Positions 13,001-26,100 of a stretch of 64,000 nt of DNA are shown here, in pieces. Numbering within the stretch: the stretch's first letter is position 1; every line of letters begins with the position of its first letter. Under the pieces are notes generated by a model, which searched no databases, was not told the origin of the DNA, and saw only the letters and a list, made by a program, of their open reading frames with translations. Origin of the DNA: Malacoraja senta (lineage: Eukaryota); contig CM075987.1 in the NCBI GenBank assembly GCA_038087875.1, positions 21,700,001 to 21,764,000 on the forward strand, in the 5' to 3' direction. The position numbers were made by a program, and so were the translations under genes.

Positions 13001-16000
13001 TTAATTATTGCATGTTAGTGAAAGCTGTTGTGCTTCTCTTGCAGTTTAATTCGGGATCAGTTGCTAGTTGGAGACTTCACAATAAACATGAGATTGCTAC
13101 AGGTGAGGAAATGTTCAAAATATAATCAAATCATGAAATTGCATTTTAAGATTGTTTAGGTTATTACTGAAGAAACAAAATAAGATTCCGACCACTTTAG
13201 CTGTTCATCTTGTAACTTTTGAAGAGCTTAGACTGATTAACAATCCAGGAGGGCGGAAGTGTTGTTGTTTAGGTATCTCCACACTTTTATCATACTCTGG
13301 CCTATGATGTGAATGCTCCATCCATGCCATAATAATTTTTATGAATTAATTGGGGAGAGGTGGAGTCGGTCCTGTTAACATGGAAAGGTGTTTTGAATGC
13401 ACATCGTTGAATGGGTTCACCAATTTTCATTAAAATGAGTATCCTTCTGGGTGCTTGCACATAGCTTGAGCTCTGACATCCATTCTCAGGGACTGATGAG
13501 AGTGTGATTTCTGCACCATCTTATTTAAAGGCATCAATGATAGCACTTGGCTAAAACATTAGTCTGCTATTCTACAAAGGACATTAACCATTCCAGCACA
13601 ACCAAATAGCACTACTTATTGTAGCATTTAATATCTAGCCCGTTGCTGTGGAGTGTGCTCTACAAGATGTACAGGAATTATTAAATAATAATGATAAATA
13701 TTTGTTTTCTGTTATGTCTTGTGCTAGCTTAGTGCTCCCTTTGCTGGACCCTTTTGTTTGTAGCTTGTATGGTCACACTTTTGGGGATGGCTCTCCTGGT
13801 GCTGCCCAGCCTTCTTTCCCATCTCCCTCACCCCAGTCCCCACACTGATGTGCTTTGGAGATGCCTTTCACTCCAAGGTGCAAGCAACTGCAATGAACAT
13901 AGATAGTGCTGTCGTAGTACCACGAGATCCAACAGCATTGTACAATTGACTCTGGCTTGTAATTTCCAAAATAACCAGCCTCTCGTATCGGAGGACACAA
14001 AAAGCAAGGTCACTTTTCAGAGACTGGAGGTCAATTCTGCAAACACACAGAAGACAAGGGAAGCCCTGAAGGAATTCCACTCTTATTGCCTCTTTAAATG
14101 AGGAATTCCATTTACTTTTTCTCATCTTCCTGCCTCTTTCACTCTAAACCTGCGGAACTCCGAAACTCTGCTGTCCATATCTCAACTTGCATGATCTTAT
14201 CCTAATGCTCTGTGGGTGTGTTAAGCGATAATGCAGTTCTCGCTTTCAATGCTGTCATCTTTGTTTTCAAACCTCAAGCCTCCCGCTTTCTGTATTCTCC
14301 ACTTTTCCAGCGCCCTGTCCCTCATCCAACCCCCTGCAAGGAACATGAGTGTCTTCAGTGGTTGTCTCATGAGTGTCTGTGATATTGATAGCTCCAGATA
14401 TTGGCAGATGTCGCTGTAGGTGCCAAGGCCCTTGCCTCCTGTAACACATTTCTAAAGATTGCCACTTGGAGTCATACAGCATGGGAGGAGATTCTTTGGC
14501 CAACTGGCCCATGGTAACCAAGATGCCCCATCCAAATTTGACCCAGTTACCCATGCCTGGTATGGTATATCTCTCTAAACCCTATCCATTGTTATCTCTT
14601 TCTTCCTCTAAGTTGCTCTTTGCAAGGATATGTCTGACCAAACTTTTGATCTTCTGGTGTAATAGATGTATTAGTGCAAAGTCTTATTTGGTAACACTTC
14701 AATTTGGATATATTACTACATGAAGGACACATAGTTATGGTAGCAATCTGGCAGGTGAAAGAAGCTTCAGAACTGGTTAGTGTGAGATTTTTGTTTTCTT
14801 ATTAGCATTGAGACATTTCAGGCAATGGTCACTAATAAATCATATGAAACCATAAGAATGAGGAACACACAACTGCTTGGGATTGTTGATGAAAATATTC
14901 CAGATGCCTTTTCAGGAAAGATAGATAAACACTTATTGGAAAGACATTCTGAAAGGAATTAGAATGGGGGGAGATTTACACACCATTTATTCCTGAGATG
15001 CGAGGGTTTTCTTATCAAGAGAAAGTAGAATAGACTTCTTTCCCTGTTTTTAGAAAAAGATGAGGTCTCATTGAAATGCTCAAAATTCTTGGCAACATTA
15101 ACAGAGTGAGAGTACTAAGAATATTTTTAATGAAGGGCTAGGATAGGAAGATGATCATCCAGAACTAAAATAAAGAATTTCCACACACAGGTAGGAATCT
15201 TTGGAATTCTCCAACCAATGTTCAGTCATTTAATATATTCAAGGCTGGGACAACGGACTAATGGAATTGAGAGTTATTGAGATAGAATAGGAAAAGTGGA
15301 ACAGGCCCAAGGAGCTGTATGATCTAGAAATATTGGCAGTGATTTGTTTGGCAATAGTACTTCCACAGCAGAAGGTTTCAGGACTGTAACACAATAGTGA
15401 AGAACCCATGGGCAGTATATATCCAGGGTGGGATGGTATTTGATCCGGAGTGGAAATTGGTATTGAAAATGGACTAATTGGATGGAAATGGTGCTGAACA
15501 TTTTAGTTTTGTATACAGGGGTTTCAATAATAAAGTTTAACTAATATATTTAGCTCTAATGGAATTGAAAATGGAGCAAGAAATTAGATGGAGGCAAGAG
15601 AAAACATTGGGTTTATAGTTAATTTGAAGACAAAGTGAATCTCTAAACAACCCTGAGCTGAAATTCTGGACATTTGTATATTGAATTATGTTTAGCCCTG
15701 TGCAAAGCAGTGTGGTAAATTGAAGTACTTTACTTAAAATAATTTTGGTCTTGTGTGGTGGAGTTTGCTCGGATATCATATGTAGATAAAACGTGGTAAC
15801 ATAATTTGATAAAATGAAATCCTTCAACTTGTGCAGAATATTGCACTGTCAGCTAGCGGACGGACCATGTGCCTAGAATAGTTTCCTCCTATTATTTTGC
15901 TTATTGTCCTCCCAGTTCACCAGAGATCTGTCTCTGCTGCCATGCAATCTTGCTTTATAATAAAAAATGATCCATGTAATGGCATGGACTTACAGTAGGC

Positions 16001-19000
16001 GAGGACGTTGCTTGTTTCAGTCTTTTGAAAAGTTGAAATGCTTTTAATCAAAAGTCATTTCGTTTCAGAACTGCACCATAGAAAATGGCCAAATTATATT
16101 TGCATTTGCATTGCAATGACTGTGCATCAAGTTCTGCAACAAATTCTCACTTAAAAGGGGAAGCAATATTCATCAATCCAAATCTGGGTATAAGGTCATT
16201 TTTCTTCATTTTCTGTTTCTTCATTTTAAGAATTAAATTGCTTCAAATGCACTATTCTTACTTTGATATTTCGGATCTCTGCTGCCTTAGGATGGCGACT
16301 TCTGCTTTGGAACTGCAGTAGACTTTGGAGTTGGTTCAGCACGCTAAAAGCAGAATTAGTCACTTAGTGAGCGGCTGTCCTCAGACATATTTAACTTGAC
16401 CTTCCTAAATTCTCTAATTCCTTCCTCTAATGATGTTGCAAGGAATTTTTACAAAACCTGAGCTTTTAATTTCTGAACATTTGTAATGTATATACTTCAC
16501 ACTGGAGTGTCTGTGCTCATCTCAGCTGATCTGAATGTGTCTGTCTATCTCAGTGTTTATGACTGTGTTTATCTGCCTCAGTCCTCCCTGTGTGCGACTG
16601 CGTGTGTTCATGCGGATGTTGGACATAAATATCTGTCTATTGTTTATCTGCATGTCAGTGATTGCCTTCTGTGCTTTATCTGCCATTACCTACATCTGTA
16701 AAATTAACTTCTTATCCCGCTTTCCGCCCATGCATATTTGCTTTACTTGTGTGTGTCAGTCAGTACCTTTCACCGTCTGGGTGTGTTTGTCTAAACATAT
16801 GTTTGTATTAATACTATATATACTATTTCTAAATGTTTAACTTGTCACCTCAGTTCTCATGTGTCTCATGAGTAAGATGCTTCCTTTTTTCAAACTTGAT
16901 AAGTGAGTTCCTCTTATCAGACAGTGGGTTCCTTTCGAAAAGCAGCACGCTGGGAAATGCCTTTGGGTCCCATCTCCAAAGATCGGGTGGGGGATTTCTC
17001 TGTCCCAAAGGCCCAGTATTTGGTGAGTACTAGAAAATCTATAATTTTAACAAAAATTAAGGCCACGGCTGGGCTGATCGCAGTCAGTTTGTAGTTTGAT
17101 TTGACACAAGCTAGAAAGTTTTGTCTCTCAGAGTTGTAGTCCAATAATGTCTCCTCCATTTGGGCACAGACATTAATAACAAAACTTTAATAGGCAAATC
17201 ACTAAACTAAAATCAGCATACTATGGATGCTGGGAATCTGAAATAAAAACACAAATAAACTGGAAAGGCAACAGATCACGCAACATCTGAAGAAAAGTCT
17301 TACACTTCTATCACATTTTTCATGACCTCTGGACTGTGCCAGGTTGTTTTGCCAATCCTCAAAACCCTCTCCATTCTCCTTTCAACTGTATATTTATTTC
17401 TGTTCCCCTTAGGGTTACTAACCCACTGTTAGAAAGTGGGAGTGGGTTGAGCAGTTCTTTTTTCACCATCAACAAGATGGATCATATAGTCTTATGTTTT
17501 AAAGTTTCTATGTTTTCTGTGAAGATAGCCACGGGGCAGTGGATAAGAAGGGATACCTTGCCTAGGCTAGCAGACTATAGTTCATCAGTGTATCTGTGCC
17601 CAAGGTCTCTGTACTTCAGGAAATAGGATGGGGATTGAACGGGATTACAAAATTGGCATGGGGTGGAGGGGGTGTGCACATAGGCTGGAGGAATTTGAAC
17701 AGTGAGAATTTCATTTTGGAGGTGATGGGATACTAGGAATCATTGTAGATCAGCAAGGATGGTATAGGTGAGTGTAACTTGATGCCAATTCAGATACACT
17801 TTCTGGTTGAGCTTTGTGTGCAGATGAGCCTCATCAGGAGAGTGTTGGAACCATCTGAATCTGGAGTTTGAGAGTTTTGACAGGAATTTGTTGGCTGATG
17901 TACTGCAGACATTTCTGGCTCAATCGGATCAACAATCTGTTGGCATGCAATGTTCGCAGAGTTTCTTGAACTTCCAATGTACTCTCCAAGAGGATCATAG
18001 GCTAAGGAGGATCTCCCTGACTATGGTATAATAAAGCTCTTTCTCTGGAGGCCAAACACGAGGACTGAAGAATACTTGCTTGGAGTTGCCAAACATGTGA
18101 TTCCTTGCTAGACAGTTGAAGTCAGTACTGACTTCCAATTCCTAGCTCGGCAACTCTTCCTGCCCAAAAACCACTGAGGTTGCTGCACTCATCCAATTTC
18201 TTTTTTTTTGTGCATAACCTTTTTCCTTTCATTGCCAGAGATCTTTCCAAGATTCTTTCCCCCAATCCCCTAAAATCTCTCTCTTCCATTTTTGTCCGTG
18301 GTCTTTTAAAGATGCAGCCTGCCTTGCTGAGTATTTCCACCACTTGCTTTTTTTTCTGTGAAACTTACTCTAATCAAGCTTTGGCCTCCCATCCTTGTGA
18401 CTACATTACATTTTGTTTGATTAAACACTTGTGAAAAGCCATCTTTGGCTATACTTTTAAACTCTGGTACCTTTCATCCAAAATTCGGAGGCTCTGATTT
18501 CTTTATTATAGCAAGTTATGATCTAGAGTACATTGTCTGACAAGTATAGTGAAAGTAGGTTCAGTAATAACTTCCATTAAGTATTAAGTATACATAAAGG
18601 AAAAAAAGTCACATGGCCATGCGGATGGCACGTGGGAGGGAGGCTAATTGCATCCCATTTAGAGCTCGTACAAACATGTCAAGTTAATTGATGCCCTGTG
18701 CTGCAAGACTTTTATGAAATTGTTACAAATTGTATGGCTGCTGAGACAAAGTCGAGTTGGCTCGGTCCCAACTCGTAGAATGTAACCATAGCAACTTATT
18801 CATATTAACCAGAGCACCATGTGGGCAATGAAGACCTAGTTTTCATCTGTTCAGAGTTTGGATGTAAATATATCTGAAAGTTCAGCAGGGTGTGAAACCG
18901 CGACCCATATATTCAGTGATTGGAATGCTAGTGTTGAATTCATGTCCGGGTTTTGACTCGGAATAGTTCATGTGATTCTTGGAGACTCCATTTCCAGGGG

Positions 19001-19599
19001 ACAAGAAAAGCAGGGTCACCACAGCAATTCATCTCTAAGGATTTGTGAGCTGTCATTAGAAGTAGATTGTGGCTCTTTTGGGAACATTCTTTGCCTCTGA
19101 GTTAGATGTGTTTATTCTTATCCTACTCCCAAATATTATAATCCAGACTGACACTCGCAGTACAGTTTTGAGGGAATGTTGTATTGTTAGAAAGGCCACA
19201 CGTGGGACATTAAAGCAGGTGCATTTCTTACACCTCAAATGACGGTAGAAGTTGCAGGAGCATCAATATGCCTCAAATTTGATAGCCAATATCTATTGCT
19301 TAACCTTCACTGATTAAAAACAAAACAAATTATACAGTTACCTCATTGTATGGAACTTTGCTTTGCGTAAATTGATTACTGCGTCTTCTATGTTTAAAAA
19401 TACTGTATTCTTTTTAAAGCTACAAACATGGCCTATGTAATATTCTGACAATGGAAGTGTTCAAATGTTTAATTGGTATATATTTTGTCTCCTCTTCCCC
19501 CCCCCCCCCCCCTCCCCTCACACTGCTGACCAGGATTATCCAATTTCCGATGTTGACCTGATCCTGAAGAAAGCAAAAGAACTACAGGATTCTGCATAG
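7012..19599 (+). CDS. TBC1D13: TBC1 domain family member 13 (Rab-GAP), 5'-partial; exons 7012-7094, 7265-7424, 7928-8129, 9971-10134, 11297-11457, 13045-13102, 19534-19599
   Basis: Spliced translation: PLNPNPDSRWNTYFKDNEVLLQIDKDVRRLYPDMAFF (IxxDxxR finger) ... NPGIAYVQGMNEIVGP (YxQ finger) ... FAFRWLTLLLSQEF...IRIWDSLF ... GDFTINMRLLQ DYPISDVDLILKKAKELQDSA*. All junctions are GT-AG and in phase. The N-terminal exons are not in the window. Confidence 0.95.
8400..8900 (-). repeat. Degenerate CR1-containing segment; inverted partner of 14870-15330
   Basis: For example, catacaactccttgagcctg and ctattctttctcaataactatcgattccatcagt match the reverse complement of sequence at 15260-15320. Confidence 0.7.
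9276..9586 (+). mobile_element. Unclassified non-LTR element 3' end with (CTTTA)n tail
   Basis: Ends in gtgactaataaaaata(cttta)3, typical of a LINE or SINE tail. Family not identified. Confidence 0.45.
10147..10451 (-). mobile_element. tRNA-derived V-SINE (HE1-like)
   Basis: Minus strand has a tRNA-like head (gtggcacagtggtagagttgctgcc..), a V-domain (tatggagttagtacattctccccgtgacc..ggtttcctcccacactcc) and a LINE-like tail (gctgtatctc..ctaaaa). Confidence 0.8.
14870..15330 (+). repeat. Degenerate CR1-containing segment; inverted partner of 8400-8900
   Basis: ttgggattgttgatgaaaatattccagatgcc is the reverse complement of ggacatctgaaatattttcatcagcaatcccaa at ~8861-8893. The similarity continues for about 450 bp. 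Confidence 0.7.
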
Positions 19600-22500
19600 C
19601 AACGTTGCAGCTCTGTTCAATATTCCAAAAACTGCCAGATACGCACATACAGCAAATATTTGGTGTGAAGGTGATCAAACCTACCTCTGTAGTGCCTTCT
19701 GAGATAACTTCTCCACACTGCTATGCAGTGTGTGGCGAAAGAGGTCTTTTACTCTGTACTTTGCAAATCTTGTGATTTTTCTCATCTCATCCCATTTATG
19801 TCACCACCCACCAATCCCTCCCCACTCTCCCCACCAATCCCTCCCCACTCTCTTCTCCTCTTGTCTTCCCCCTCCCCAAACCCATGGGTAAAAAATCCTG
19901 AGAGATTCTTGATCTTTCTCTCTCCGCTGTGAATCAATGTGCACTGATGGTGCTAGGTGTGGTCTTTGTTCATTCATAGGCACTCCAAATGAAGGCAATG
20001 ACCTTTCCTTTAATGAAGGAATATGGTTGAAGATTATAAACCATCCCTTATCACAGAACTAAAGGAAGCAAAAGCACAATTCTCTAACATTGAGTCGATG
20101 CTAGATGTTTGCTGTCTTTATTGCTGTGATGGAGAGCTGGTCATGAGAGATTGGTCAGCGGGTGAAAGATCAGTTACTGAGTCAAGCACTTCAAATGGAA
20201 CTGCCCAACCCACACCAGAAACACTTAATCTAATGTTGCTTTAAAATGCAAACTGTAAACTCCTCGCTGTCATGAATTTTGAAACATACAATAAGCTTTA
20301 CCATGTTTTCGGTATTAACAGGAATACGCTCACAAGAAATGAAAGTTTTGTCATGTTTTGAGGGACCAGGAGGTGCTTGACCAAAACTTTTCTAGGCATC
20401 AAAGCAATATTTTACAGGTCTAAGCCACTGCCTGTGGTAGTTAATATTTCCACCACATCCTACAAGAGAACATTGTGGAAGTTCTTCTTTCACAGTTGTG
20501 AACAGCATTTGAATGATAGTATAGACTTTCACTGATTGCCTCCCAGAGTAAGATCTGTTAATTGCTGCTGATTTGGACAAAATGCAAAATGTTTTGTTCC
20601 TTGACATTTCAGCTGCTGATAACTCACACTAAGCACTCAGATTTGCTACATATCATATGAACCCGTGGTCATATCACCAGAGTTACATAAGATTTATACT
20701 ACCCTCGAATTTCCCATGTTGAAGCTATATAATATTTTTTTTGATATTTTGAGTGTAACTCTTGGCGAGAGCAGTGGAAGGGTTAAACATAAGGAGCTTT
20801 GCAAAACATTGTCCAAAGTGAAATCAGTTCTCTTAAATTTCCACCATTAACCCTTGGTTACTTTTGCTTCAAACACAGTTCACAGTTCAATTTAAATTTG
20901 AATAGTTATAGTTATACAAAAGATTTCAGCCAAGATCCAAAGCATACAAAAGCAGTTTGTACGTGTTGTAAAAGGAACCCATCTGAAGTTATCAAGTTTA
21001 ATCTTTTAAATGCAAATGTCAGGTTTACAGCTAATATTGATTTTCCTAAAGTTGTATTTCTTTAATTTCTTACCTATTTGTTACTTGATACAAAATCACC
21101 CTGACATTTCTATTTAAAAGAAAGCTTCACCTAACAAAAATGACTGTATTGCTGAGATGATACCAGATCTGTTAGACCTTGTAAAACATCATGGGAAAAT
21201 TCCAGTTTCGATTTCTGACCTTAACCCCTTTTTAATCCCCTATTAGATTCGCCTGTGATTTCGGATTTACCCTGACCTTATTGAAAATATATCATTGCCC
21301 ATATAAATCAATATTAGCTTATAAATGGGCTGGACTAAACTTGCAGCCTTTAATTCCTATAATTGGTCTTATCTTTCTACCAATCCTGATAGTTCCTGGA
21401 GGACAATTACACACCATAATGAAGTGTGAAGGCTGCATGAATTAGTGTGTGACGAGTGTATAGATTCGGAAAATATCATCATTCTACTTTTCAATGTTTG
21501 CATGAATTTAAAATCAACCCGTAGTTCAGTTAGTCTCCAGCGTATGTAATGTGGTTTGTATTTTGATAATTGGTGCAAACAATATGTGACCGTGACAGGA
21601 CCCACAATTCTTACCAGACATCACTACTTCACTGATCAGACACCATAACTCTCGAAGTTCTTGCTGTGGACCTAGGGTTAAGGACCTGGAGTTGCCCCTT
21701 CCACCCACCTAATAGTAAGGGTCATTTAATGCAATGACTGCTGTTACTATGTCAGTTGATCTTGTATTTCGCCTGTACTCTGCTCCCATCTCGGCGTTCT
21801 TCACAGTTTAAAAGAAAAATTTGAATGGAATAGGCAGCACAGAGGAAATTGCAAGACCAACTGAACACTTTCAGTGTTGGGTAAGCAAATGGAGCTGGTA
21901 ACTTTAAAAACACAGAAATTGATGGAAGAAACTGAGCATTCAGCTGCCTGCTGTCAAAATATATAACAGTGAACTTTCTGCTGTAAATGCTCAGTGAAGT
22001 TTTCACACAGGAGCTCACTTCCTTTGACATATACATCTGCAGGTTTGTTAGTGTGATGTGATGTTAAGATATGGAGAGTATTCTGATGTTTTGAAGCCCT
22101 GCTTTGCCTTGTTCCTTCTCCCATTCGATCTTTGTCTGACTGCCTTGTTTTATTCTCTACGAAGAGAGGTCTTGTGTTGTTTTTTTTGATGGGAACAAGA
22201 GCCCTTGTTTGTCAAATTGACAGAAGCCCCTCTGGTGCATGCATGATGTCAATGTATCACAGTGTGCAAACTAACTACACCTGACAGTATTCAAACATTT
22301 ATTTTCAAATGACGCTGGGAGAATCTCATAGGGGTATGGACTCTATTTAAATCTTGTTAAATTTCCTCCAATTAATCTTAAAATATCCTTCAGATTCACA
22401 GCACGTAATAATAAAATAATTATTTCCAATCCTCCATAAATCCTATGAATTTGAAGAGATAATTTAGTCACTCCCATCTGTTTTTGCCACTCAGTCGAAT

Positions 22501-23140
22501 TGTGGTCAGGTTGTAACTTAACTGTCCATCTGCTTTTTGTTTTGTTTTTGCTTTACTATATAAACTTGGTCTTGAAATATCAAGTGTGTTTGATATCCAT
22601 CACACTTTGTTTCGTGACATTATGGCTGAGTAGCAATGGCGTCAATTTAATGGTCGTCCCCTTTGTTCTGCACCATACCGAGGGAATTTTGCTATATCAT
22701 CCTCACGGTTTGTTCACCTTTCGTTGGGAGAAACCATTGAAAATTTTGAATGAAGGTTGCCGAGGCTGTCATAGTTGGATTACTGGGTCTCAAACTGTCT
22801 GAAGGAGGCCGTTTTGAGACTGCAGTTTTATATAATGGTGGACCAGACTTTCCCTTGCACATCTTCTCATCAAGGGAAAATTCCAATTTAATCTTGATTA
22901 TTTTTCAAATTTTATAAGTACATCAATTAGTAAGCTCATCTTGAATCTCATATTAGCCGAGTCATTGTCAGCTGCAATCTTAACCCCTTTGACATCTCTC
23001 TCCCACTGATATTTCCCCACTTGTGAATGCAGGTGTCCATGTCTACCTTACTTATGTAATCCCGTCTTCTATTGACCGCCTGGCTAATGGTGCATAGGAT
23101 GCAGTATTGTGTTCGAAACAGTTTTTCTTGTTTCAAATGC

Positions 23141-23146
23141 AATAAA
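23141..23146 (+). terminator. Candidate TBC1D13 poly(A) signal (others at 25543-25548 and 25593-25598)
   Basis: AATAAA followed by A-rich and then U/GU-rich sequence. The region 19600-25600 looks poor in recognisable transposons, as a long 3' UTR would. Confidence 0.35.
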
Positions 23147-26100
23147 TAGTAAAAAGCTTTAAAAAAAAAAAATTAAAACAAATCTTTTTCTGGTGAATGG
23201 AGTTTAGTTTTACAAGGTTGTCATATACTCATTATTTCTCTAATCTCTGGCAAAAGTATAATATACTCAACTCGGGTAAAGGAAAGATTACCAGCACTGC
23301 AAGATGAATTTGAATTAAGTGGGCATACGGAAAAAACTGACAGTGCCCCACAGCTGCAGTAGCGATCCCGGTTTCTATGCATGTTGTGCATGTTGCATTT
23401 TCTGCATAACTGTGTCTTGCATTATTCCTCAAGCACCCGATATGCATGCAAGTGCTTCCTATTGCATTGTATCTGCCACTCCCTGTCTTACCTTTCATGA
23501 AACCCAACAAAAAGTCTGTATCTTGTATACGCTCTGACTGCTTTCTGTTCATTGGTATTCTATTTCTCATATACTGTACTTATTTCCCCTTACAAGCTTG
23601 CAGTCTGTAGATGTTGGTTTATCTCCTTAAATGAGAGAACATAAATTGTCTTTCATGTACAGTCTCAGTGTCTGTTTTTCACTCATTCACACATTTGTGT
23701 CACACTCAATGCCGTCTCTTTGTGTGTTATGGGAGAGGTGGTGGTCAGTGTTGGAACAAAGGTGTTAAAATAAGTGGCAACAGAAAGACTTGTTTCTGCA
23801 ATTGTGCAGTGTTATTTTAGAGTTGCTTGAAGCAAGTTTAATATGGTTAGAATTGTGTTCATTTATAGTTAGATATCAAGTGAACGGTTATCGTTTATTG
23901 TGCTGATGCCACAGCTATCAGGGCATGTCGACACTAACGAGAGACCAAAAACTGTTTCAATGAGTAGTTTCACCTAAATGTAGTAACTATCTATCTGTCA
24001 AACTGTGAATATTACTTTTATGTTGCTTTACAAGTTACAATAGGTTTGGTTTTCAATGTTGGGATTAATGTACAGGAGCTCTGCAGTTTATCCCATCTGT
24101 GAGCAAAGCCCAATAGTGCTTATGGGGTGAGTGGAGATATTGGGAATTAGACATCGAGTTGGAAAACCGATTTCAAGCTTTTACTTTGACACTTGCACTT
24201 CACTGCTGCTGAGAGGCTGTGGTGAATGTCATGGATGCTGTGGGGCTGGTGGATGTAGTTTCTAGGTGTGGGAAAGAAGCTTGGGTAAGCTTCCAACTGC
24301 TCCCAGGGTTCATCTGCAGCTGGATTAAGATGCAACTCACCATTAATAGATGGTTGATGGTCCACCTGAGCCCAAGCTTGTGGAACTGTGATCCAACAGC
24401 AAGGGTGCTGCATTTCTGCCTGCTCAGATATGAAATTGCTAAGTCCAACGGAGGGTTAATACGGATCTGTGCTTTCAGAACAGAAAATGGCCTTTGTGTG
24501 CATGGTGGTAGAGAGGGAAGGAAAAAGAGAAGATGGCAGGTAATTTTCCTACAGCAAGCTTGCCATACGCCAGAGAGAACTTAATTTTGAGTTAAGTGAT
24601 ACTAATTGCATTCACCGCCCAAGATTTGTCATAATTGAAAATGTTGAACATTCGTGATTGATCTGGGATTGAAGCATGTTAAACAACCACTATAAATGGA
24701 ATTATTCTCTGAAGCTAATAATGCTCCACCCACAACTGCTGATTATTTACAATGACAGTCATGGAATCCTATATAGGAGAAAACCATTGATACGTTTGTG
24801 TTTCTCTACTTAAACATTTGCATGTGCCATCAAAAGCATAAATGCGGGAATAAATGGCATGTGTTTTCATTAAATTATTTGGGAATTGACTAAGGCAGCA
24901 ATGTAACATACTAAATTACAGTGCAGGAAGGAATAAATATCAATTGCCAGTGTATGATATATAGAGACTGGAATATGTTGCATTGTAAGAGCCAGTAAAT
25001 TATTTTTGCGTCATTAATAATGTAAACTTTTATTTCATGCAGAAAATAGTCATTTGTTGAGTGGCAAGTTTATAATTTGCTGCATTTTGCACAGGTAAAA
25101 AAAAATCAAATCAATCAATTCAGCGTATCAGAAATGCAACAAAGAAAGGAAGTTTATTTACTACAACAGCACAAATGTTATTTTACTGAGGAATTATAAG
25201 ACAATGGTATATAAAGGGATTATGTTTTTTTCTGTTGATTACGACCTTGGATTTGTATCTTCCCACATCCTCCTCCATCCCTGTGTGTCACCTGACCAAT
25301 GGTCACTGTAAACTTAAACAGGGTTCATTATCTAAATGCCTCCAATTCTTAAAATAAATAAGTCTACAAGCCATTAGTGTCTAGCACCTAATGAAGGTTT
25401 TGGAGGAAGGGGCATTTCATTTGAGCTTCTTCCACGTAAGCTCTTAATTGTGTTTTTGGTTTCAATGAAGGTTTACTTAGTGTGATATTCCAATGACTGT
25501 TAGTAATGTTTTCCCAAAACGATGTGCACTTGTATTTAAAAAAATAAATTTTTACAAATTGCGCTTAATGTCTGTCTGAATTTTAGAATTGAAATAAAAT
25601 TATTAGCATATTTTGTTCAAAATGCACAATGTATATTGTTGTTTTGAAACAATAATTAAAAAATATATCCATATTATTTTGGTTGTTTGATGTAATCTAT
25701 GTGCATCATTAGTTCCAGGTATTTGTCCATCTTCAATTTTCTGCCATTTTTTGGCCAAGCTTTATCTTTCTAGGCATCAAGCTGTTTAATTCTATTCATA
25801 AACTTACTGCCCTTTCCATGTCTGAAGATGCTCCATGAAACCTACGTCATTGCTTCCTTCCATCTTCATGGTGCATTGCATCAGGAAGGCTGGAAGTACT
25901 GTCAAGTATACCTATCATCCTGGCCATTCCTTTTTTCTCTGTACTTTCTGGAGAAGGTACAGGAACTTGAAAATTTAGATATCCAGACTTAAAGTTTAAG
26001 TCACCTGCCCTAAAGGTTTCCTTCTGCGGCTGTGTCAAATTTAGTTGGCTGATGCCTGGCACCTTAGGGCATTTAACTATATTACGGATGCTGTATAAAT

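Noticed and set aside
16490-16800. Cys/Val-rich ORFs
   Set aside because: Degenerate TG-rich low-complexity sequence.
18753-18775. 8-bp hairpin cgagttgg/ccaactcg
   Set aside because: Short and isolated; expected by chance in 64 kb.
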